From NCBI GenBank assembly GCA_965207735.1, contig OZ242296.1, positions 3,448,782-3,512,781 of the forward strand: a stretch of DNA of 64,000 nt. The letters are read 5' to 3'. Shown one piece after another: positions 9,558 to 16,363 of this stretch (its first letter is position 1; each line of letters begins with the position of its first letter). The notes below the pieces were generated by a model that had not been told where the DNA came from, did not search any database, and was given only the letters and a program-made list of their open reading frames with translations. Both the position numbers and the translations under genes were made by a program. Origin of the DNA: Candidatus Versatilivorator sp. Its GTDB lineage: Bacteria > Acidobacteriota > Terriglobia > Versatilivoradales > Versatilivoraceae.

Positions 9558-10166
9558 ATGATTAAGGTGATCTGCCTGGATATGGGCAAAGTCATCATCG
9601 ACTACGACCCGACCATTCCGCTGGCCTCGCTCGGCGCACGCTCCCAACTGTCATTGCCGGAGATCAAGCAAGTCCTGACGGATAGGGAACCCCTGTTGCT
9701 ATTCGACCGTGGCCACTATTCCCGATCCGACTTCTACCGAACCATGTGCGCCCGCCTGCGGCTGGATGTCTCCACCGAGGAGTTCGAACAGCTCTGGACA
9801 TCCCTGTTCCTGCCCGAGCCGCTTCTGGCGGAGTCCTTTCTGCTCAGCCTGAAGCGCCGCTACCGGCTCCTGATGCTCTCCAACGTGAATGAAGTCCACT
9901 TCGAGTTCATTTGGAAAAACTATCCCCTGGTGCGCCATATCGAGGATCGGCTGCTGTCCTATGAACTGGGCTGCCTGAAACCGGAGCCCTCCATCTATCG
10001 GATCGCCATCGATCGAGCCGGAGTCCTCCCCGAAGAAATCTTCTTTGCCGACGACCGGCCGGAAAACGTCGAGGCCGCCCGGCAGGCCGGAATTGTAGCC
10101 ACCTGCTTCCAGTCCGAGCGGCAGCTCAAGCTCGCCCTGGGCCGGGCCGGGGTGGTTGTCGAATGA
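9558..10166 (+). CDS. HAD-superfamily hydrolase (subfamily IA-like)
   Basis: Motif I ICLDMGKVIIDYD, and a C-terminal FFADDRPENVEAARQAG (motif III/IV). Start chosen at MIKVICLD. Confidence 0.7.
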   Translation: MIKVICLDMGKVIIDYDPTIPLASLGARSQLSLPEIKQVLTDREPLLLFDRGHYSRSDFYRTMCARLRLDVSTEEFEQLWTSLFLPEPLLAESFLLSLKRRYRLLMLSNVNEVHFEFIWKNYPLVRHIEDRLLSYELGCLKPEPSIYRIAIDRAGVLPEEIFFADDRPENVEAARQAGIVATCFQSERQLKLALGRAGVVVE

Positions 10167-10208
10167 AGGCGCCCGGTTGAGCACGCCGGGCCGCCACCAC
10201 AGGTTGAC

Positions 10209-10958
10209 TTGCGATTCCTGATCCTGGCCGACATCCACGCCAACCTGGAGGCGCTCGAGGCGGTCCTGGAGCGGGCCAGGGGTCAATTCGACCAGGTGAT
10301 TTGCTGCGGCGACCTGGTCGGCTACGGCCCCGATCCCAACCAGGTGACCGAGGCGGTGCGGCAACTGGGTCCGGCGGTGATGGTTCGTGGCAATCACGAC
10401 AAGGCCGCGGTGGGACTCACCGATCTCTCTTTGTTCAACCCCTTGGCCAGAAGCGCGGCGCTCTGGACCCAGACTCAATTGTCGGAAGAGAATCGGCGCT
10501 ACTTGCTGGCGATGCCCCGCGGACCGGCGGAGGGGAGCGGATTCACGGTGGCTCACGGGTCATTGCTGGACGAGGATCAGTACCTGCTGAACCTGGAGGA
10601 CGCGCTGCAGAGCCTGAGCCTGGCGGCCCACGGGCTGACCTTCTTCGGACACACCCATGTTCAGGGTGGCTTCGCCTGGTTCAAGGATCAGAGGGCCGGG
10701 CCGTTGAATCCCGATCTGAGGAAAGGGGCTGCAGAAAGCCGGCTGCTGCTCGATTCGGAGAACCGGTACTTGATCAACCCCGGGGCGGTGGGGCAGCCCA
10801 GGGACGATGACCCGCGGGCGGCCTTTGCGGTCTTTGATCAGGAGAAGGCGCTGCTTTCCTACTTCCGGGTGGAATACCCGCTCGGGCGGGTCCAGCAAAA
10901 GATGAGAAAGGTCGGGCTGCCAAGCTACCTGGCCGACCGGCTGGCCCAGGGATGGTAG
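10209..10958 (+). CDS. metallophosphoesterase
   Basis: Calcineurin-like motifs ILADIHAN, CCGDLVGYGPD, GNHD, and GHTH. Confidence 0.75.
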   Translation: MRFLILADIHANLEALEAVLERARGQFDQVICCGDLVGYGPDPNQVTEAVRQLGPAVMVRGNHDKAAVGLTDLSLFNPLARSAALWTQTQLSEENRRYLLAMPRGPAEGSGFTVAHGSLLDEDQYLLNLEDALQSLSLAAHGLTFFGHTHVQGGFAWFKDQRAGPLNPDLRKGAAESRLLLDSENRYLINPGAVGQPRDDDPRAAFAVFDQEKALLSYFRVEYPLGRVQQKMRKVGLPSYLADRLAQGW

Positions 10959-10981
10959 CCCGGCGTCGTTTGGCCGATCCC

Positions 10982-11419
10982 CTACCGCAGGCCGACCCCG
11001 CTGACCTGGACCTCGGGAACCACGTAGTTCCAGTCCCGGGGCAGGTTTTCAAAGGCCACCTGAAACTCGGCAACCTGCTGCGGAGCGATCCCGCGCTCAC
11101 CCCCGTACTCCAGGGCCGTACGGGCTTCCTTCAAGACCACCTGGTCGAGGGAATCCTTGAAGAAGAAGGTCAACTCCACTTTCCGAATGGTACCCTCCCC
11201 GTCGTTGGTCAGCGATCCCTCCACGTAGAAGACCTCGTCCCCCAGGAAGTTCTCCCCCTTGGCCAACCCCAGACTGGAGAGAGTCACCCGGTCCCTGTAG
11301 GCCTCCTCCCGAGCCGCTGTCTCCGGGTCGGCGGGGGGGCGGCTCGCGTCCCCGCAGCTCGCCGCGGCCCACAAGAGTAGCAGGGCTAACACCGCTGGGA
11401 ATCGACGTTTGGCAGACAT
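10982..11419 (-). CDS. hypothetical lipoprotein
   Basis: Signal peptide with lipobox (LLLLWAAASCG). No recognised domain. Confidence 0.4.
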   Translation of the reverse strand: MSAKRRFPAVLALLLLWAAASCGDASRPPADPETAAREEAYRDRVTLSSLGLAKGENFLGDEVFYVEGSLTNDGEGTIRKVELTFFFKDSLDQVVLKEARTALEYGGERGIAPQQVAEFQVAFENLPRDWNYVVPEVQVSGVGLR

Positions 11420-11832
11420 GGCCGGAAAGTAGCACAGCCGTTGGGGGGTGTCAAACCTAGCCTGAACCTAGCCTGAGGCTGCCCCAAAGGCGGGCGCACG
11501 ACCAAAAGATCTGATAGAGTCGGGAAGAAGCCCCGTAAGAATCCGGCGCGAATCATGGCTACAAAGCGACTGCCTGGATGGCCGGCCATGTTTGCAACGA
11601 CAGCCTTGCTGCTGCTCGGTGGGGGACCGCTTCGTTCACAACAGCGCGATCCCGCGAATGCGCAGGGACTCGGTATCGGCAACCCCCTTGCTCTTTCGGG
11701 TGGGTCTGCTGGTAAGCCTGACTCCACGCCTGGTCTTGCGAGGCGGGTACTCGCACATTCTCGGTTACCTGGATACGCCCGCCTCCCGCTCTTTCGAAAC
11801 GGGAATCGGATTTCGTTTCTAGCCTGAAAACG

Positions 11833-12612
11833 ATGAAGGCGACACTCACCGGATTGCGTGGCTTGATGCTGGACCTGGACGGCACTGTCTACGAGGACAA
11901 CCGCCTGATCCCCGGAGCCGCCGAAGCCATCGCCGCCCTCAGGGAGCGCGGGTTCCGGCTTCGCTTTGTGACCAACACCACCAACAAGCGACGAGAAACC
12001 ATCCGGGACAAGCTCCATGTCCTGGGCATCGAATCCGATGCCTCGGAGATATTCACGGCTCCGGTGGCAGCCAGCCTGATGCTGCGGCGTCATCCGGAGG
12101 CCCGCTGCTGGGTGGTCACCCGGGGCGACTCCATCCAGGAGTTCCAGGGCCTGAGACTGGACGAGGACCAGCCCGATTTCGTAGTTCTGGGCGATCTGAT
12201 GGAAGGGTTTACCTTTGAGCTGCTCAACCGCGTCTTTCGCAAGCTGATGGACGGCGCGGAGCTGATTGCCATGCAGAAGAACCGCTACTGGCTGACCCGG
12301 GGGGAACTCACTCTGGATATGGGGCCGTTCGTTGCCGCCCTGGAGCACGCCACCGGACGCATGGCCCGGGTGGTGGGCAAGCCCTCGCGGGAATTCTTCC
12401 ACCTGGCGCTTTCGCACCTCGGACTGGCCCTGTATCAAGCGGTCATGGTGGGGGACGACTGGGAATCCGACATCGCCGGCGCCCAGCGCGCGGGCCTGCG
12501 AACGATCCTGGTCCAAACCGGCAAGTATCAACCCGCAGACGAGAAAAATCTCGATCCGCAACCGGACGGCGTCATCGAAGGCCTCGGCCGCCTGCCGGAG
12601 ATCCTGGCTTGA
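11833..12612 (+). CDS. HAD-IIA family hydrolase (NagD-like)
   Basis: MLDLDGTVY, FVTNTT, and a C-terminal MVGDDWESDIAGAQRAGL. Confidence 0.75.
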   Translation: MKATLTGLRGLMLDLDGTVYEDNRLIPGAAEAIAALRERGFRLRFVTNTTNKRRETIRDKLHVLGIESDASEIFTAPVAASLMLRRHPEARCWVVTRGDSIQEFQGLRLDEDQPDFVVLGDLMEGFTFELLNRVFRKLMDGAELIAMQKNRYWLTRGELTLDMGPFVAALEHATGRMARVVGKPSREFFHLALSHLGLALYQAVMVGDDWESDIAGAQRAGLRTILVQTGKYQPADEKNLDPQPDGVIEGLGRLPEILA

Positions 12613-12890
12613 CATAGACGACTTTAAGGCCGTTCCCCATGGGTCCGCTGGTCATGTCGCCAAGCCCAACCGGCGCAAGCTCATTATTCCTCCCACCACC
12701 AACACTGCCAATTCGCCGAACGACGGCGACGCCTTCGGCAACTGGAAGGGTAAATGTGCACGATTGAGAGCATTTCCGGGACCACGCTTCGTGACCAACC
12801 GGGCAAAAGGAAACAAATCATCCTGGACTGAAGGTGCCGATCATTCAGTGTGCTAATGGCGTGAAATATTCGCTGTTAGCGAAATAAGTC

Positions 12891-12919
12891 TTGACTTCCA
12901 GCTCCGAAATGTTTATTTT
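12891..12919 (+). promoter_or_regulatory. sigma70-like promoter (TTGACT-N17-TATTTT) upstream of the XRE-RT module
   Basis: -35 TTGACT at 12891-12896, a 17-nt spacer, then -10 TATTTT at 12914-12919. Sits in a low-GC non-coding leader. Confidence 0.35.
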
Positions 12920-12926
12920 CAAGATG

Positions 12927-13378
12927 TTTGGAAAATACGGAAGTAAAAGTCATCACACCCTGGGTTGGCTTCGGTCAACCCGAGGAGGGGAAACCCTCTA
13001 CCGCTTACTGCAGCAATCACCCTCTCTCCTCAGTGGTGGTCGCTGAGCGAAGCGAGACCCAACCAATGACCCGTTGGGTCTCTGACACATTTGGATTTAG
13101 CTGCCACGTTCCGTCTTTCTGTTGGTGATGACCTCATTCCGCAATTCGGCGGGTGAGCAACAGAAAGGAGGTGAGAAAATGCTCTCACTGGGAACCAAAC
13201 CGTGGCGGCGGCGACCGAAGAGCGGGGGTAAGCAGTGTAGATGGCTACGTAATCCGCGCCTGCTTCGGACAGCTATCCTTATAGGCATCTGGGCCTATCG
13301 TCTATGGAGGATTTGCCGGGCGCTTAATGGTATTTTCGGAGGCTAGGTCGCTTTCCACTGTGTCAAATTACAACCGGA
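12927..13378 (+). ncRNA. candidate structured non-coding leader / retron msr-msd candidate
   Basis: ~450 nt with no credible ORF directly upstream of the XRE-RT genes. Perfect hairpins at 12962-12981 (6-bp stem) and 13054-13082 (10-bp stem, 9-nt loop). An 8-bp inverted repeat, GAAAATAC (12929-12936) with GTATTTTC (13330-13337), flanks the region and resembles a retron a1/a2 pair. Confidence 0.3.
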
Positions 13379-13723
13379 TTGGTAAGGATGGCTGTTGACG
13401 TACTATCAGAAGCACTTCGGCTGATTCGAGTGTTTCACGATGTAAAACAAAAACAATTGGCGGAACAATTGGGTATCTCGAAGTCGTATCTTTCAGAGAT
13501 CGAACGAGGTAAGAAAATACCCTCCATTGAGGTCATTCAGAAATACGCCGCTGAGTTTCAAATGCCAGTTTCGTCCATTCTTTTTTTCGCCGAGCAGTTG
13601 GTCGACCCAAACCGGAAACCTCCAGATGCCGACCGTGTAAGAGGAATCATTGCCGGAAGGGTCATCAGTTTCCTGCAGTTCATCGAAGCAAAAGCGAAAG
13701 AACATGCCGAAGAAGCGCACTAA
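13379..13723 (+). CDS. XRE-family helix-turn-helix DNA-binding protein
   Basis: HTH_XRE signature QKQLAEQLGISKSYLSEIERGKKIPSIEVIQKYAAEF. The stop overlaps the RT start by 20 nt, which suggests translational coupling. Confidence 0.7.
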   Translation: MVRMAVDVLSEALRLIRVFHDVKQKQLAEQLGISKSYLSEIERGKKIPSIEVIQKYAAEFQMPVSSILFFAEQLVDPNRKPPDADRVRGIIAGRVISFLQFIEAKAKEHAEEAH

Positions 13724-14594
13724 ATGCTACGCGGAGCAGGATAGCCCCTTCTATAAGCTCCGCTCGAAGGCGAAACTTGCAAATCTTCTCTTTCTCAACG
13801 TCGATAAATTAGAGTTTCTTGCGGAATCCGAGGACCTATACTTCGATTTCCCCAAGAAGAAAATGAGTGGCGGTTTCCGCCCGATCAGTGCGCCGCGTGC
13901 CGATCTCAAGATTGTACAGAAGAGAATTGCAGACTTGCTTCAACGCATCACTCCGCCGGATTATCTGTTTGCGCCGGTTTGCGGGCGTTCTTATGTGGAC
14001 AATGCCAAGCGGCACTTGGGAGCCAGCTCAGTTCGACACCTAGATATCGAGGATTTCTTCCCGAGTTGCACCGCAAATAAAGTCATATGGTTTTTTCGAA
14101 AGCGAATGGAATGCTCCCCGGACGTTGCAGTACTCCTTCGTGGCGTTGTCACAAGGCGTGGTTCGTTGCCACAGGGCAGCCCATGCAGTCCGATACTAGC
14201 GTATCTCTGCTATGTGGATATGTGGGAAGAAATTGAACGCCTAGTAGGCGAGAGTAGTTGCCAACTGAGTGTCTACGCCGACGACCTGACAATTTCAGGA
14301 GAAATGGTCCCGGAGAGTCTTATTTGGGAAATAAAACAAATACTGTTCCGACACGGTTTCCGACACAAACGCAGCAAGGAACGGAGCAAGATATACAAAC
14401 CTACAAAGATAACCGGTGTAATCCTCAATGGAAACCAGCTTCTCGTGCCGAACCGGCAGCACCAGAGACTCTATCAAGTTCGTCAGAAGTTGAAGGTTTC
14501 CCGCTCGCCTGAGCACCGCAGGCAGCTTAAGGCACAACTGGTCGGGCGAGAATCACAGTTCCGCCAGATTGTCGGAACTCCGCAAAGTCAGTAG
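13704..14594 (+). CDS. retron-type reverse transcriptase
   Basis: RT domains: GGFRPISAPRADLKIVQKRI (RT1/2), NAKRH (retron NAxxH motif), LDIEDFFPS (motif A), LPQGSPCSPILAYL (B'), VYADDLTISG (YADD), and KITGVILNG (VTG-like). ~297 aa. Lower GC than flanking DNA. Confidence 0.85.
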   Translation: MPKKRTKCYAEQDSPFYKLRSKAKLANLLFLNVDKLEFLAESEDLYFDFPKKKMSGGFRPISAPRADLKIVQKRIADLLQRITPPDYLFAPVCGRSYVDNAKRHLGASSVRHLDIEDFFPSCTANKVIWFFRKRMECSPDVAVLLRGVVTRRGSLPQGSPCSPILAYLCYVDMWEEIERLVGESSCQLSVYADDLTISGEMVPESLIWEIKQILFRHGFRHKRSKERSKIYKPTKITGVILNGNQLLVPNRQHQRLYQVRQKLKVSRSPEHRRQLKAQLVGRESQFRQIVGTPQSQ

Positions 14595-14603
14595 ACCCAC
14601 CAC

Positions 14604-14636
14604 GGGACTCTTGCTCAACTGGCAAGAGAAGAGTCC
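14604..14636 (+). terminator. hairpin immediately 3' of the RT stop
   Basis: gggactcttgctcaactggcaagagaagagtcc: outer stem GGACTC/GAGTCC and inner stem TTGC/GCAA. No clear U-tract, so it may be an RNA structural element rather than an intrinsic terminator. Confidence 0.3.
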
Positions 14637-14868
14637 ATAAATAGCAAGTACTCTCCAACCGTGGACTAATCGACAAGAAACGAGGATATTGGTGTCGCGA
14701 CATGTTTGCGGCATTGGCCGCTCGAGGGACAATGCGTCCCACCGCCGGTCCGCGTTCCGTCCGGTTGAGCTCCCAGAAATCAGCTTCGCCAGGATATGCT
14801 ATCCTTTCCACCAAAAACTTCCTGGCTAATGAAGTGCTGGCATCATCTCCGATGAGAGACTGTGCAAG

Positions 14869-16050
14869 ATGAATCCTGAAACGAGTCCGTTCAGCCCCGG
14901 ACAACCCGTGCCGATTGAGTTTTTTATTGGGCGCATCCGTGAGGTCGAGCGTCTGCGGGGCATGGTAAGGGCTAGTACACAAGGCAAATTCCGAATCGGA
15001 TTTGTCAGCGGAGAACGGGGCATCGGCAAGAGTTCCCTGGCGTCGTTCGTGCGCTACCTTTCAGAGCACGAGAGCCAAGTCGCAGGATGGCATGTCTTTC
15101 TCGGCGGCGTTGAGGATTTGAATGAGATGCTTCGAAGGACCTTCGATCGCCTGCTGAAGGAAAGCATGGACAAACCCTGGCATGAGCAAATCAGGAACTT
15201 TTTTGGAAACCACGTGCGTCAAGTGGGTCTGTTCGGGGTCACTTTGGAGTTGAATCTCCAGGAAAGCGACTGGTCAACGCTCGCCCATGATTTCGTGCCG
15301 ACCGTCAGGCGGCTTCTGAACGAAATCAAGGACCAGAAGCGTGCGCTATTTCTCATCCTGGATGACATCAACGGTCTCGCGGGTTCCGAAGTTTTCGCCA
15401 ACTGGCTGAAAAGCACCGTGGACGAGATCTCCACGTCCCAACAGAAAATGCCTCTCTGCATTCTAGTTGTCGGCCTTGAGGAGAGGCGCCAGGAGCTGGT
15501 GTCGAAGCAACCGTCTCTTGCGCGCGTCTTCGAGTTGATCGACATCGCCCCCTGGTCTGACGATGAAGCCATGGACTTCTACCGGAAGTCATTCGACGCC
15601 GTGGGCGCTAAGGTTGCCGACAGCGACATGCGCCAACTCGTCCGATTCACCGGCGGACTTCCTGTTCTGGCCCACGAGATCGGCGACGCCGTCTGGCGCA
15701 CGGCCGAGGGTCCGGAAATCGAGTCAAAAGAAGTATGGGAAGGAATCTTGACCGCAGCCGAGGTGATCGGCCGGAAACTGCTGCAACCCCAAGTGTTCAG
15801 GGCAATTCGCAGTGAGCGTTACCGATCCATTCTTCGAAAAATGTCGGGCGCGCCCCGGATGAGCTTTGGAAGATCAGAACTCATGGGACGTCTGTCGGAC
15901 AACGAAAGAAAGGTCATGGACAACTTCCTGCGACGCATGAAACGGCTCGGAGCGCTGGAAACCGATCCCGAGGTCAAAGGTGGATACCAATTCCCCAACC
16001 TCCTCCACATGCTTTATTTCTGGATTGAATCCCAGCGGATTTCCCGATGA
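14869..16050 (+). CDS. P-loop NTPase (AAA_16/ATPase_2-like, minimal STAND-like) associated with the retron RT
   Basis: N-terminal FIGRIREVERL motif, then Walker A GERGIGKSSL and Walker B LFLILDDINGL, with a helical C-terminal half. Shares the island's reduced GC. Confidence 0.7.
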   Translation: MNPETSPFSPGQPVPIEFFIGRIREVERLRGMVRASTQGKFRIGFVSGERGIGKSSLASFVRYLSEHESQVAGWHVFLGGVEDLNEMLRRTFDRLLKESMDKPWHEQIRNFFGNHVRQVGLFGVTLELNLQESDWSTLAHDFVPTVRRLLNEIKDQKRALFLILDDINGLAGSEVFANWLKSTVDEISTSQQKMPLCILVVGLEERRQELVSKQPSLARVFELIDIAPWSDDEAMDFYRKSFDAVGAKVADSDMRQLVRFTGGLPVLAHEIGDAVWRTAEGPEIESKEVWEGILTAAEVIGRKLLQPQVFRAIRSERYRSILRKMSGAPRMSFGRSELMGRLSDNERKVMDNFLRRMKRLGALETDPEVKGGYQFPNLLHMLYFWIESQRISR

Positions 16051-16085
16051 ATGTACTCGTTGCCTGCGATCAGGGAAGTGCTGCT

Positions 16086-16361
16086 TTACCCCTTTGACAA
16101 ACTCGGCTTGGTTAGCTCCATTAGCGTCTGCTCCTTGTCGAATACCAGGGCGCGCACATTGCCGACAGCTCGGATACTGCTGAGAAGCGGACCGTTGGCG
16201 AGCTCTGGGAACGGAAAAGCGACGGTAAGGGCCTCTTTCTTGTCGCAGAAAATACGCTGGGCGGAAGGGATGTGCGCCAGCAGCTTATCGACAAGGTCAA
16301 TCTCGCCTGAACTCCCGAGCCTCTTTCCCTCCCGGCGTAGCGTATCGGACTCTGGAAGACT
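16086..16361 (-). pseudogene. start-less ORF / gene remnant at the island edge
   Basis: A minus-strand frame reads a 91-aa protein-like sequence (...GEIDLVDKLLAHIPSAQRIFCDKKEALTVAFPFPELANGPLLSSIRAVGNVRALVFDKEQTLMELTKPSLSKG*). It opens directly after a stop and has no plausible ATG/GTG/TTG start. Confidence 0.25.
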
Positions 16362-16363
16362 TC

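Noticed and set aside
11555-11827. 90-aa ORF with a signal-peptide-like start (MFATTALLLLGG) in the 11.4-11.8 kb intergenic region.
   Set aside because: Possible small secreted protein, but no RBS, no homology cues, and it is intergenic between convergent or divergent genes. Insufficient support to call.
12928-13346. Small ORFs (66 aa at 12928-13128 and 74 aa at 13122-13346) inside the candidate ncRNA leader.
   Set aside because: No RBS-like context, odd composition (W/R/C-rich), no recognisable domain. The region is better explained as structured RNA.
14527-14982. 151-aa minus-strand ORF spanning the RT-NTPase spacer and the NTPase start.
   Set aside because: Overlaps the NTPase N-terminus antisense. 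No motifs. More likely non-coding spacer.
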